Notes: generated by a model from the sequence alone, not told the origin. A DNA stretch of 64,000 bases from Octopus sinensis (GCF_006345805.1 NC_043015.1:13516001-13580000); one strand, 5' to 3'; counted from the stretch's first letter, positions 1 to 13,926 are shown. Numbers and translations are program-made.

Positions 1-824
1 TATTCATTATTTAAGCTGAAAAAATTAACTGATAATCCCCGCTTTATCTCGTCAAGGTACATTCTAATCTAACTAATCTTAAACGAAATTCCTAATTAGG
101 GGATACAGTAGAAACAATATTGAATTATAATTATATAGTATATAATCAAATTTAGGTCCACTGTAACTATTTCTAATTGAAGATTATATAGAACTGGTTT
201 AAATACAAGCCGCGATAAGTTTCTCATGGCCAAAGGCCATTCCACACCAAAGGCTAGGTTAACCAGACTACACAAAGCTACAACGTGTACAGTCATTCTC
301 ACACAGAATGGTACACAGTTGAAATGGATTAAAATACAGGTTCTGTGAATACATTGTGCATGTACAACTAAAGTTATGCTGAGGAAAAAGAGCTACTTAG
401 GTAATCTGAACACATGGAATGCTTAGAAAAGCTGCCCGTGTGAATTTTGAGAAATTTGAAGGATAAATAATGGCTGTAATTAAAATGCATAATGCAGCTT
501 AAGATGTCCGTATGAGACAAATGATATGTTTTTTTTCATCTCTTAATGTAGCCATAAACTGCACACTCATCCATCACCAAAAATACTTTAAAAAGTCCAT
601 GAGACTCATGCTAAAATACGAATCTAATATTCTTAATCTCGTGCTTTTGATGAAGAGCCAAGCTGACTGCTTCTCCAACTCATCGGTAAGCAATTTTATG
701 TGCGTGTTCACAGATTTGCTATCTGCAATCACAGGGATCTTCGAATACTTGTACTACAATAATAGGATGATGGAGCATTACCTAGACGGAGATGACATCA
801 TCGCGTTTGAGAGTATGTGAGAGA

Positions 825-861
<37 letters not shown>

Positions 862-946
862 GAGAGCATGAGTCAATAGTATTTCTATCATAGTATAGAA
901 AAAGAATATAAGCTAATACAGAGTTGTGGTACAAATATGATGATTG

Positions 947-1185
947 GTTTCAAATTTTGGCACAAGGTCTGTGATTTGGGGAACGGGATTAAGTCGATTA
1001 CATCGACCGCAATGTTCAACTTGTACTTATTTTATTGACCACGAAATAATGAAAGGAAAAGTTGACCCCGGTGGTATTTGAACTCAGAATTTGAACTCAG
1101 AACAAGATGGCATTTGAATTCAGAATATGAAGATGGACGAAAGATGGACGAAATACCGCTAAGCATTCTGCCAGCTCGACGCCTT
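947..1185 (-). mobile_element. tRNA-derived SINE family A (copy with internally triplicated B-box region)
   Basis: Reverse complement of GGCG..GAGCTGGCAG head, GTTCAAAT B-box, CTTTCATCCTTTCGGGGTCGATAAAATAAGTACCAG-like core and GGCCTTGTGCCAAAATTTGAAACC-like tail shared with many copies in the window. Confidence 0.85.
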
Positions 1186-1460
1186 ACAAATATGATTATT
1201 GAAGATGTGAAACGGTTGAACCACACCTACCGTATTTGATGGCATAAAAGACACACAAGCACCCCAACTTCAGCCGCGCATATTCAAGGGAGAAACACGT
1301 TTTAATACTCTTTAACTTTTAATACAGACCCAACTTCACATATAGGACCCGAAGGAGGTATAAGTTATGACAATTTTGATTTTAAAATAAAGTGCGCATG
1401 CATGGCTGTGTGGTTAAGAAGGTTGCAACCAGTTCATACCATTTATATTTTTATGATCGA

Positions 1461-1620
1461 TTTCTAGCGTGCTTCAATACTCATAATGGTTTGCTTCTTA
1501 CAGGGAGACCATAGTGGGCAGTAATATTCAAACTGAGACTTGGCAAACGCAGAGAAGAGAAAGATGACGATGTCAGGATCTCTTGACTGGAAAATTCTAA
1601 GGATCCATAAGCACAATCGT
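1461..1620 (-). mobile_element. CR1/L2-type LINE reverse transcriptase C-terminal fragment (degenerate)
   Basis: Minus strand reads LWILRIFQSRDPDIVIFLFSAFAKSQFEYYCPLWSPCKK, matching the CR1-clade pattern '..F.SRD.....LY...VR..LEYC..VWSP'. Confidence 0.7.
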
Positions 1621-1977
1621 CGGGTCATATTGACTTTATTATTGATGTGTGCACTTTAGCTTTAGTTGTTGTCTATAGTTACACCGAAATTTCTGATATT
1701 ACTTGACTATAAGAAACTCTCCCGAGGGTTGAGAATATGGCTGTATGACTGTTTAAGTATATTTTCTTTTTCTAAGTAGATGAGCTCGATTTTTTCCTCG
1801 TTTAAGAATGTTTTTCTTTCATCGAATCACAGCGTATACAGTCTGAAACGGGTCATCTACTCCTCTGATAGATTTCTGGAGCTTAAAACCATCGGCAGAG
1901 ACTTTTATTTCATGATATTTCCAATGCTATGTATGTAAATAATAAACCGAATCAGCACTCTGAGAACACCACTTATG

Positions 1978-2062
<85 letters not shown>

Positions 2063-2136
2063 AACCGTATGTTTTATATATCTATCTATCATTATATTTA
2101 TGTAACATTTTATGGTTGTACTTTCTACAATTTCAG

Positions 2137-2383
2137 ATGCCGTATTCCGAATCTATCCAACGACACCTATGATATTCAGAATGATTTTCACCAATCTCTG
2201 ATAAATAGGACGATACCATTTACCGTAAAGGACGGTGTGGATGTGATAGACAAATGCCGCATTTACTCTCCATCCCAGAATATTTCGTACGATGAGTACA
2301 ATCGCCCGATAAATGCCAGCTCAATGAAATGTCAGAGCTGGGTTTATGACAAGTCAGTTTTTGAGAGCACCCTGGTGACTGAG
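2137..2383 (+). CDS. SLC22/Orct-like transporter, first exon in window (large extracellular loop)
   Basis: tttcag acceptor and GAG|gtataa donor. Encodes CRIPNLSNDTY...KCRIY...KCQSWVYDKSVFESTLVTE, the typical SLC22 loop with conserved Cys and 5 N-glycosylation sequons. Starts in phase 2, so an upstream exon is required. Confidence 0.93.
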
Positions 2384-2830
2384 GTATAATTCATTTATAT
2401 ATTCTTCTTAAAATTTAGTTATTGCTTTTATCGATGCTTCAAACCATTCTTCAAACCATTCTTATGTTTGTTTCAACATAGTGTGTAAGAGTATTATTTT
2501 ATTGAAGACAAGGAAATTGTCAACGAAAATATTGTATGTATTATATACATGTTTGATTAACTAATCCAAGAAAAGGTATTTATTAATATTTCTACCAATT
2601 TCTCCGTATGTGAGTGTGTATGATTGCGTATGTAAGCAAACTGCATGTAAATAAAACTTTACACTTTTGATCTATGATTTTACGAGATATGTGCATGTAT
2701 TTATATATGTACATATATGGGTATATATATGTATTTATACATACATATATTCATATATTAAGGCATATTTATTTTTTTATATATATACACATGTATATAC
2801 ATACATATATATATACACATATATATGCAC

Positions 2831-2898
<68 letters not shown>

Positions 2899-3217
2899 CA
2901 TGTATGTATATACATACATGTATGTGTATATACCGTACATGCAAGTGCAAAAAAAATACATTTTAACCCTAAAAAGTTGCTACCAATATGTATAAGATTT
3001 GGAAAACTAAAATAATTGACAAACCGAAGTAGACTACGTAATACTGTGCAAACCTTTAATCTGATATTGCTTATAAACAATAATCCAAAAATTAAAATAA
3101 TATATACCTACATATATTCATATATACAAACGTATATATATATATGTGTGTATTATGTAATTTGATATATTTAGAAATCTATCTATCTATATATGTGTGT
3201 GTATACACGCACTCACA

Positions 3218-3266
<49 letters not shown>

Positions 3267-3764
3267 ACACACACATATATATATATATATTTATATGTGA
3301 ACAGATTTATGTATGTATATATATATACAGTGGCCTACAATATTTTATAGCCAGGATAATTCAATGCAACGTAATAACTTCGAGAGAAATTATTCAAAAT
3401 TAATGAATTTACGGTTTTCATTCAGTTAGACATGCTTTATTAAATTGTTGAAGTATATCTAAAGTGAATGCCAGCCGAGGCAGCCTTTGAGTTTCCAGCT
3501 CACGCCTCCCGCCCCGTATAAAGACTTACACAGCAGACTCAAGTGTGCCTTCTCCATGAAAACGCTACCCAGGGCGGACAACCTCCATTGCTCCCCTTAC
3601 CTATGCTATTGTAAGGTTTAAGCAACACATTTCAGTGATTCGTTTCCATGAATTATATTTCAAGCTTGTGATACTTTGTTGGTATGATCTGAAGTGATAT
3701 CTTCTAGAAAATGAATGGTCTTAATTGGACCTTTTACAAATATTTGACATTATTTGGTGGAGGT

Positions 3765-3965
3765 GGATATTGAATCGTCAGCACGCCGGGCAAAATACGT
3801 AGCGGCATTTCGTCCGTTTTTACATTCAGAGTTCAAATTTCACCGAGGTCGACTTTGCCTTTCATCCTTTCGGGGTCGATAAAATAAGTACCAGTTGAAC
3901 ACTAGAGTCGATGTAATCGACTTACCCTCTCCAAAATTGCTGGCCTTGTGCCAAAATTTGAAACC
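3765..3965 (+). mobile_element. SINE family A
   Basis: GAGTTCAAAT B-box, GCCTTTCATCCTTTCGGGGTCGATAAAATAAGTACCAG core, GGCCTTGTGCCAAAATTTGAAACC tail. Confidence 0.9.
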
Positions 3966-4434
3966 TGTATATATTAATGGTGATGCTCAGCATGGCCATA
4001 GCCTTCCATAACAGAATAATAGAATAGAATAACGATTCTCTTTGCTGCATTCCTTGACCACCAGGAAGCTTTTTCTGACATCTGAGAAATCTTCACTCGG
4101 CAATATCTTTCTGGAATCACATTCTCAAACATCATATTCATTGTTTGATGGGTAGTAAACGAAATCTTTAGTTATTCTTCAATAAACATCTGCACCTTGA
4201 CAACAGGCAGCAACTTGGATGCCGTAAAATGTTTTACATTGGTATCTCTTTTGCCCAATTAGTATATGTTGTTGTGTATAATCAAATTAAAGTTATAATT
4301 AATGCAAAGAGATAAATTCCTATAGGCACCGGCAGCAAAAAAGAGAAAACGTGTCTAATTAGAAACGAAAGTAAAAAGGCAACTGATGGCTATAAACATT
4401 TCATAGGCCATTTGTATGTGAATGTGTATATACG

Positions 4435-4467
<33 letters not shown>

Positions 4468-4553
4468 TATATATATATAATATATAATATATATATATAT
4501 GTGTGTGTGTATGCATATCTATATGTATATTGATATAAAGTCATGCGTATGTA

Positions 4554-4597
<44 letters not shown>

Positions 4598-4942
4598 TAG
4601 ATATATATATATATATATATATATATAATACATACATATACGAGTGAGTGGACAAGCGAAAGAGAAGGCACTCAACACATTCAGTATAAGTTGCATGTAT
4701 TATTATTTAAAGCAGTTCGACCCAGCTCCATGCGACATGGTGTTGTTAAAGTGATCCGCCTTGACCAATAGTAACCTATTTTCCGGTAACCATCTTAGAC
4801 TTCCTGCGTTTCTCCATTCGGTAATCTAAGCCTGGAAGAGACGAGTTTCTTTTGAGGCCTTTAAGTTACATGGAGCCAAATCAAACTGTTTTAAATAATA
4901 ATAAAAATAACACAACACAACAACAACAACAACAATAATAAT

Positions 4943-5039
<97 letters not shown>

Positions 5040-6389
5040 TATAGTTATTTTATGTATATTTATGTATTTCATACATGTATTAGTATATTTTGACATGTGA
5101 AAAACTACCCGAAACAACTGACGCCGACAAGTTTTACTTTTGTTATATTCACTCCTTTTATTGATGTAAACCTTCTTCCCTTACAGTTAGAACCTAGTTT
5201 TAGTTGACATATCCATATTTCCGTAGAACATATTCTGACACCAACCAAAAACTTTTGAATATAACTATGTCGACGTAAATTATGTCGAGTTCTACTTTGT
5301 GACTCTTAGATTTCATCCTTTACCAGAATGAATACTGCGACCCAGTATTCGGTGTCTTTTACGGAGTGGCTATGATGCCAGCCTGAGACTGACTTCCTTT
5401 GTCCGTTTTTCTCATCAATGTTAGAGGTTATAAAAGGCCATGTGTGTACCATTCCTCCTCTGGCTAATATTCTGCTAGATACTGTCTTCAGTTTCTCTGT
5501 TGATTTCTATCAAAGTTCAACAAATGACTATGTCGCTCGCAGTATTTATACGAATAACATTTTTCTTTACCAAGATTGTACTATTATTACATAGAACCCG
5601 TTACACATATGCATTACAAAGTTCATTATCATATTGAAACACCATACCTACTTGCCTGATGATGTGAAACAGATTAATTACAATGGCTAGTTCTTGTGTT
5701 TTCACGCTGAGATGGAATCTAAATGAGCAGAACATATCTCCTTGTTGTTATAATGATGAGGATTAAATGAGGCAATGGAATCCAAAGCAGGCGATACTGT
5801 TACCACCATTTGACTTTATACACACATGTATCAGAAATGCATAACTATATACATAAAACTGTTAATAATGATACGTATTTACGTATAAATATGTAAATAT
5901 GTGTCTGCATGTCTGCATAGTAATCTGCATGCGATTATGAAGAACAAATTAGTCTTTACTAACTTTAAAGAATATGGATAACTATAAACACACATATATA
6001 TATATAACATTATATACATGTGTGTATTTATATATATATATGTGAGTGTCACACAAGTGTGCATGAAAGAGTGTGTGAATGCGAATTAATGTTTTTTTTA
6101 TTTCCTTTTATACTTGCAGATGATTCTTCAGCAGATCGTTAAACTGCCAATCTTGGTTTCATTTCTCTCAGGTATTTCAGGTCTTCACGACAGTGATGAC
6201 AAACAACGATATATATATTTATATATATATATATAAAACAATCACATAATATCTTATAATTTCACGAATCGCTTATATCGTTCAGTGTGTTGAGAAACAT
6301 TCATGGGGAGACGTTCGGGTTAATTTAGCTTATTATTGTTTTATTTTATGTATATTATGATCGATATACCTGATCATTTGTTATATCTC

Positions 6390-6805
6390 CTTATTCGGCT
6401 GTCCGTCGCAAGTTCTTGTTCTTGTTCAGTAATGATCTATAGCAGGTTTACATGTGGGCTACCAGGCCTATTCTTGATCTGCAGCAACGATGACATTTGG
6501 TGCAGGTGAAACTACTTGAAGCAACAGAGAAGTGACGCCTCTCATGTTCTCTTTCGTATTATCTCTGTTGTTTCTCCTCAGTGGCTGGAATCGTAAGCTT
6601 CAGCATCGGTACCATTTATCGCGTTGCAGGGTCTTCTCCCAGATGTCTGGGAAGATGCCAGAGTTCTTCACATGACTCTTCAGCACATCCCTCTATCACA
6701 AACTTTGGACACCACGGCTCCGTCAGCATAGAAAAGTGCCTTCAGGAGCGTGTCACCACCCCCATCCTGCAAACATGTCCTGCCCATTGCAGCTGCGATT
6801 AGGTA
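6390..6805 (-). mobile_element. RTE-clade LINE 3' fragment
   Basis: With frameshifts, the minus strand gives ...GHVCRMG...KALFYA...NSGIFPDIWEKTLQRDKW...FTCTKCHRCCRSRIGLVAHM, the RTE ORF2 C-terminus with a 'C..C.R...RIGL..H' motif. Confidence 0.8.
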
Positions 6806-7584
6806 ATGAAGGTCCGTCACGATAATGACGACAAACAACGATACACACACAACAATCAGATAATATCTTACAATCTGTTTTACATGACCTATTCCTTAAA
6901 CTGATAATGTGTTTATTTATCATGGAACTAAATAAAAAGTCTGAATGAAAACGACCAAATGAAAATTAATAAGTTCTTATCGTTCATAGCCCTGTTTTTT
7001 CGGCTTCCATCAAGCATTTTCAAATGGTCTAATTGACATTTGACCAATAATTCTAATCTTTACTATGTAAAATATTTCAAAACACAATAAAGAAGATTAT
7101 TTAATTGTCTTTTGGAAGAATTTGGTGGTCACCATGGAGAGATACTACTGTATAATAAAGTGATAGAGACGGTTGAGCAAAGGATCTGTTCTTCCTGATG
7201 ATTGTTGCCAGATACAAAATATTTCCTTAATGGCAGAAAATTAAAAATATATAATCATTCTTAGAGACAAGAGTGACTTCAAAAATTTGCATTTTAGCAC
7301 ATATTTCAACATAGTAAGACGAATTATATAAATATTGCATGAGAAGGCAAAGAGAAAAACTTGACAGATGATCTCTTCCAAAAGTTCTTTTGGAATGAAA
7401 TTAGCTTTGTAGTTATCACAATTTCGTAAAAATGATTTCACAGAGTTTTTAAATATTAGAATATGCCAAATGAATTTGATGAGCTTACTTCAAACGCAAA
7501 CCATAATATTGCTGAAGAATTTGCAATATTTTTAGAAAATACATTGAGTCAATATCACAAGTGATGTTAATATTTCTTTCTGCA

Positions 7585-7782
7585 AAGGCGGTGAGCTGGC
7601 AGAATCGTAAGCACGCCGGACATAATGCTTAATAATATTTCGTCCGTCTTTACGTTCTGAGTTCAAATTCCACCGAGGTCGACTTTACCTTTCATCCTTT
7701 CGGAGTCAATAAAATAAGTACCAGTTAAATCGACTTACTCCCTGCCCGAAATTGCTGCCTTGTCCCAAAATGTGAAACCAAT
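7585..7782 (+). mobile_element. SINE family A (near full length)
   Basis: GGCGGTGAGCTGGCAGAATCG A-box head, GAGTTCAAATTCC B-box, family core and tail. Confidence 0.9.
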
Positions 7783-9499
7783 ATTTCCTTCTGAAATAGA
7801 TCGCTTTTTTCCTCCTCTAGTTGGCTTTTCTATTCGTTGGATAGCTTAATTTAATATTGCTGACTTTACAGCTACAGTTAATTGATTTTACAAAGCAATA
7901 TTGTTTTACAATCGCACCAAAACCGTGATATGTGGAGATTATTGAATTCTAACAAGTGTCCACAATTCAAGACTGTTGACCATCTCATATTTTGGAAATT
8001 AAATTTGTGTATAACATAAATCGTATTACATCCAAATGTAAAAAAGTTACTAACAATCCTCTCGATGTGTTTAGCTATTAGTAATTAGGGATCTGATTAC
8101 CCCAAAAATGGTGGGGATGCACAATATCAAGTTTTACACTGATTTCTCACAGATTTTTATTAAATAATTACCTCTTTCTAAAAACATTTTTACTATATTT
8201 CTTCGCTTATTAAAACTTGAGGTCACTCTTTTGTGTAACACACTCACACATCGAAAGCTCTCGACTAATGCAAATTGGTTTGTCATTCACCCACTCTATG
8301 ATATATTGCATAAAGTGAACGTTGTTCTAGATGTAACCTGTCTTCGATCGCGCAGGTTTGCCTTTTCCCAACAAGACTATTGATGACAAGTAAGACACCT
8401 TGGCTAAAATCTTCAATTCTGTCTTCAGCAGAGTTGTTGGCCAGAAATTGTCAATGATGTCATAAACCCTTATTCACGTCCATCTTCAGTAGCGTCACAA
8501 TTCACCGGCTCACTCTCTCCCCGTTCTGCTTCCATTTGGAGAAATCTTCTGACAAGACACTAGGAAACAAGTCTGGCATATGTATACGAAAACTTCATAT
8601 GGCAGACCACACAACGCTGGCGTGAACTTGTGTATATTTTATCAAATACAGACTAAACTTTATTCATAGCTATTATTTGCTATACCTGGGACGTAGGATG
8701 AGCATTTTCAGCAGATGTTACCGATTTTAATTACACTATATAGCAAGAAGTCTACTTTAATTCACTTAATAACAAAATGCAATTTTGCATTTAACAATAC
8801 ATTTTATCCTCCGTCCTAAGTCTTCTTTCTATTTCTAGTTTTGTTGGTTAATGATATATACAAATCCACACACATACACACAAACGAACAAAAAAAAACT
8901 TATTCACGTATAACAAAACTCATTGGGATCCTGTTAATGCTCACTTATTTGCAAAACGCCGCTCATGAGCACACGTGTGTATGTCTATCAGTGTGGTATG
9001 TGTAGAGACTGTGTGTTTTGTTATTGTGACTTAGCACCAATCCAGCCCTGAGGAAGAATACATAAGATCAAAGATATTCTGGTCATGACCATTCCATCTT
9101 ATTTTAAGAAATTTTTCTATCAATGACTGCATTATCCAACGTATCCTTCCTATATTTTATGAGTGTAAGGTGTGATTTGAAGCGAAATTAGGTTTATATT
9201 TCCAGCAAGTTGAACGATAACGTAGGTGCTGCGTCATGTGGTGGTTGCTGCTGTTTGGCTCCAGTTATGGCTTAAACGAGCAGAAATATAATCAAACGTG
9301 TTCTAACTATGACCATCTCGTTTTCTTTTTAATATCAGGTACATCTTTGTTAGATGATAGAGCATATTTGAGAGAATTTGGCTGCTATTTCTAGCTGTAA
9401 CGAACATGTAGAAGAGTATTTCGTGTATTAAGTGGTGACGTTGATAGTGCTTTATGCATTTGTATATAAATTGTGTTGTTATTATTATTGTTGTTGATT

Positions 9500-9655
9500 A
9501 AGGCGGCAGAAGCATTATCATGCCAGCCAAAATGCTTTGACCTTTACTCTTTCGGAGTCGACAAAATAAGTACCAATCAATTAATGGGGCCTGTGTAATC
9601 GACTTGCCCGTCTCCTCAAAAACTGCTGGCCCAGTGCCAAAATTTGAAACTATTA
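9500..9655 (+). mobile_element. SINE family A (degraded, internally deleted)
   Basis: AAGGCGGCAG head, CTTTCGGAGTCGACAAAATAAGTACC core, CCAAAATTTGAAAC tail. Confidence 0.7.
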
Positions 9656-9689
9656 TTATTGGCACCAGGTCAGTGTGATAAAATTATAT

Positions 9690-9830
9690 GGCCTCCTCTC
9701 CTTTTTTCCCTAACGTATTGCACCTTAGGTCACATTATCGAATGTGTGCTTTCCTTAAATATGTATGATGGAATTTGAGGGAGATTTAGCTGTCAATTCC
9801 TTCAAATCGAATGACCCTATGAAAGACTCG
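9690..9830. repeat. Unclassified interspersed repeat G (core GAGGGAGATTTGGCTGCTATTTCTAGC); related copies near 9050-9420, 38220-38345, 39440-39600, 63200-63330
   Basis: The same ~40-bp core and upstream 'ATCCAA..TGT..TTCCT' motif recur at several loci. Confidence 0.5.
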
Positions 9831-10910
9831 GTGATGGTTATGTTACGTTACTTTTGTGTTTGTTGGTGTTGGTATGTATATCTGTGAGTGTATATAGGGT
9901 GTGGTTTGTGTGTGCTGTGATGTGATGTGTTTGCGTAGAGATGTATATCGGTGGAGTATAGTTTAATATATTCGTGCCTTTTATTTGTTGTCGTTTATTT
10001 ATTGTCAACATTGTTCTAATTTGCATTTTCATGGTCCACCTGGTAGTGGTAGGGAATATAGCAATCTCTTTCTTAAAACCAACTGAAATTACATGTGACT
10101 ATCTATAATGTTAGGTTTATAGACCAAAATACTTGAACAGGGCGTAAGAGTATGGCTAAAAAGAAATTTAATATTTGACATTAAATAGCCAAATAATTAT
10201 ATAGGTTTATATTTCCAGCAAGTTGAATAATACAGATTTCCAAATCATAATATTTGTTTAAACAAATTGTTTGGGATGAAAATGTTCAAACAAATATGAC
10301 AGAGATATGACAGGTATTTGAGGAACAGTGATTCGATTTCCATCAACTGTTATGTACGGCTAATGTTCACATCCAGGCATTTCATCGAAAGTTATGTAGT
10401 CTTCTTCATGCTTTATCACAAAGGGTACATTTTTCGAATTGAAAAACTATGAGAAAATTATGTCAAAACTAACACTATAAACCTTGAAGATACCAGGTAG
10501 TGTTCACGTGTAGGTGTGCGTGTTAACTCTAGGATTACCTGTAACGATGTTTACAAAGTGAGAATTTTGTTACACATATATATATTGTTTGCTTTGTTTT
10601 TAATTTGTTTCATCAGTTGTCAGCAATAATCCAAGCTATTTTCAGATACCCGGTGCATGAAGACTTGCATGAATCTTCATATCAAACAAAGAACAATTTA
10701 TATTTAATCTAACATCTCTTTTTCTAGTGATGCATTGGCCAAAACAATAATGCTGTTTCGTGGTTTTGAAATATAAATGATATATTTTCACTAAAAATAG
10801 CTCAATTACAACTTATTCATGTCTGTTGTAAACACACACACAGATACATACATACATACATACATACATACATACATACATACATACATACATACATACA
10901 TACATACATA

Positions 10911-11694
10911 CAGGGTGCGGTAAATAAACTGTCGTCTAAATTTTAACAGATATATTTACCAAAATTACAATAAAATATCTTGAAATACTAAAGAGTAAAT
11001 TTATTCAATAAAATCGCCATTGGCTTCAACCACGGCCTCCAGACGATTTCGGAATTTCTTGCAACTCTTCTGTATGGTTTCTTTGTTTAAATTGCTGAAT
11101 GCTACCATTATCCTTGCCTTCAGTTCATCTTCGGTGTTACAAGGAATTTTGTTGGTCCCACACATAATATTCAAAAGGATTGTAGTCTGAGGAGATATGT
11201 GGCCTGATGTGGTCGCAGAAATTGTCTGATAGCCATTGCTGGGTTCTCCTGCTTGTGTGGCATGGTGCAGAGTCCTGTTGCCAGACATAGGGTCTTCCAG
11301 CAGCCACCCTTTTGACCCAGGAAAGCACTAATTCCTCCAGGCACTTGATGTAGGCCTCCGTGTTGAGTTTGAGGCCATGTGGAAAGATGAAGGGAGGCGT
11401 AACGTCTCCATCACAAGTGACCACTCCAAACACTATGATGTTGACTGGATGTTTGATTTTTATCACTCTCGGTACACGTCCTTAGATTGACACCCAAACA
11501 CCACTGAAACGTTCGTATTGGAGCTTCTAGCACGAATACCAAGCAGTACAGCATGTCGTTTCCAAATTTCTGACAGAGTAAGTTGTGTCATGGTGCTGAT
11601 TTTCTCACAGACGGTGCGCGAAATTCAAAAACAAACAATGAATATATGAGAAATTTAAAATATAAAATGGCGACAATTTATCCATCGCACTCTG
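10911..11694 (-). mobile_element. Internally deleted Tc1/mariner-superfamily transposon (maT/Bmmar1-like)
   Basis: Imperfect TIRs CAGGGTGCGGTAAATAAACTGTC / GACAATTTATCCATCGCACTCTG, TA on both flanks. Transposase remnants include 'VFGVVTCDG', 'WQQDSAPCH', 'DYNPFEYYVW' and 'RLEAVVEANGDFIE'. Confidence 0.9.
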
Positions 11695-11839
11695 TATATA
11701 TAATGTATATATACAGTTCATGAGTGTGTATGTAGGTGTGTATAGGTGAGAATGCATGTTTGTATATATATTATATATTATACAAATATTATAATACATG
11801 TAATATTTACTTTATACATGTTTACAAATATATATACAT

Positions 11840-11894
<55 letters not shown>

Positions 11895-12483
11895 CACACA
11901 CACAAATATGTATATATAGATATAGATATACATATGCATATGATATAGGTGTACATATGTACATATATATATATATATATACATGTGTGTGTTTATGTCT
12001 GTCTGTCTGTGTGTATGTCTATGTTTAAGAATTTACAACCGATCTGGTTACAGATATTGTGAGAAATTGCCTTACAAAAGTATCTGTATGGAGGTAAAAT
12101 TTTAAAAAATTATAAAGTGTGAACTTTCTTCACTAACATTGCTTCTTAGTTCAAGCTCGATTTTCTCCTTCAGGTTAAATGGACCCCAAACGGTATGACG
12201 CCCACAAGAGAACTTCAACTGTGTCATATAAAATTCCACTTCTATAAGATGTAGAAGATGTTGTGCTTGTGGAAATACATAGCTATTGGGTAACTCTAAA
12301 TAATAATGAGATTGACACATTAGGTAAATACACACACATACACCGACAAAAATAAAATGAAGTATACCTTGAAGATTTTATCTTCTACACACACATAGAG
12401 CCCCACACAGGTATATATATATATATGCGTCATATATATGTGTATGTATGTGTGTGTATATATATATATATACATATAATATA

Positions 12484-12832
12484 TCTTTTTACTCTTTTAC
12501 TTGTTTCAGTCATTTGACTGTGGCTATGCTGGAGCACCGCCTTTAATCGAACAAATCGGCCCCAGGTCTTATTCTTTGTAAACCTAGTACTTATTCTATC
12601 GGTATTTTATGCCGAACCGCCAATATGCGGACATGTAAACACACCAACATCGGTTGTCAAGTGATGGTGGGGACAAAATCCGGCAAACACACATATACAT
12701 ATATATACGACGGGCTTCTTTCAGTTTCCACTCACAAGGCTTTGGTCGGCCCGAGGCTATAGAAGAAGACATTTGCCTAAGGTGCTACGCAGTGGGACTG
12801 CACCCGGTTTCTTACCACACAGCCACGCCTAT
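12484..12832 (-). mobile_element. tRNA-headed SINE family B (CORE-like segment, internal microsatellite)
   Basis: Minus strand begins GGCGTGGCTGTGTGGTAAG..., then GCACCTTAGGCAAATGTCTTCT (CORE-like). Ends CAGTCAAATGACTGAAACAAGTAAAAGAG. Confidence 0.85.
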
Positions 12833-12921
12833 TCATACATATGTATGTATGTATATATATATATATATACACACATCATATGTATATATATATATATATA
12901 TACATATATATATACATATAT

Positions 12922-13417
<496 letters not shown>

Positions 13418-13570
13418 ATATATTTATACTATAATATTGGATTTAATCCTAAATCTCATTTTTCCCTGTAAGTTTGGATTTATTCCCTAATATTATTATT
13501 ATGTATACATATATATACACATACATACATACATACATATATATATACGTACACACACACACACACATAT

Positions 13571-13926
13571 CGTGGCACTCAGTCATTTACGACGACGAGG
13601 GTTCCAGTTGATCGGATCAACGGAACACCATGCTCGTATAAGTAACGTATAAGTGGCTGAGCACTCCACAGATACGTGTACCTCTAAGGTAGTTCTCGGG
13701 AAGATTCAGCGTGACACAGAGTGTGACAAGGCTGGTCCTTAGAAATACAGGCACAACAGAAACAGGAAGAAAGAGTGAGAGTTGTGGTAAAAGTGTACTG
13801 CAGGGTTCGCCACCACCACCTGCCAGAGCCCCGTGGAGCTTTAGTTGGTTTCGCTCAATAAACACTCACAACGACCGGTCTGAGAATCGAAACCGCGATC
13901 CTACGACCTCGAGTCCGCAGCCTAAC
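13571..13926 (-). mobile_element. tRNA-headed SINE family C (tail type 1)
   Basis: Minus strand GTTAGGCTGCGGACTCGAGGTCGTAGGATCGCGGTTTCGATTCTC is homologous to the head of the 45383 copy. Has a distinct 190-bp 3' tail. Confidence 0.85.

Larger units (their letters stand above)
1979..5040. repeat. Cluster of (CT)n, (TA)n and (CA)n microsatellites around the first exon in the window; similar tracts occur throughout (e.g. 10846-10910, 12850-13083, 13950-14110, 14470-14990, 43925-44016, 60165-60500)
   Basis: Direct reading. These tracts generate most of the YI/HT/VC-rich ORFs in the supplied track. Confidence 0.95.

Noticed and set aside
512-820. 102-aa ORF as the missing first SLC22 exon
   Set aside because: No TM1 or 'FG.FQ' similarity and no suitable phase-2 donor.
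2137-2172. ATG right after the acceptor as the start codon
   Set aside because: It is out of frame with the SLC22 reading and stops after 11 codons.
5655-5675. CTGATGA-TGT-GAAAC hammerhead-like string
   Set aside because: No stem II or stem I can form.
6120-6171. Strong acceptor plus GT as a cassette exon (similar case at 14261)
   Set aside because: 52 nt would shift the frame, and the 14261 candidate has an in-frame stop; no SLC22 similarity. It could only be a poison exon, and there is no evidence for that.
8280-8700. Possible piggyBac cysteine-rich C-terminal remnant on the minus strand
   Set aside because: Only a 'QRCVVC' fragment; too decayed to support.
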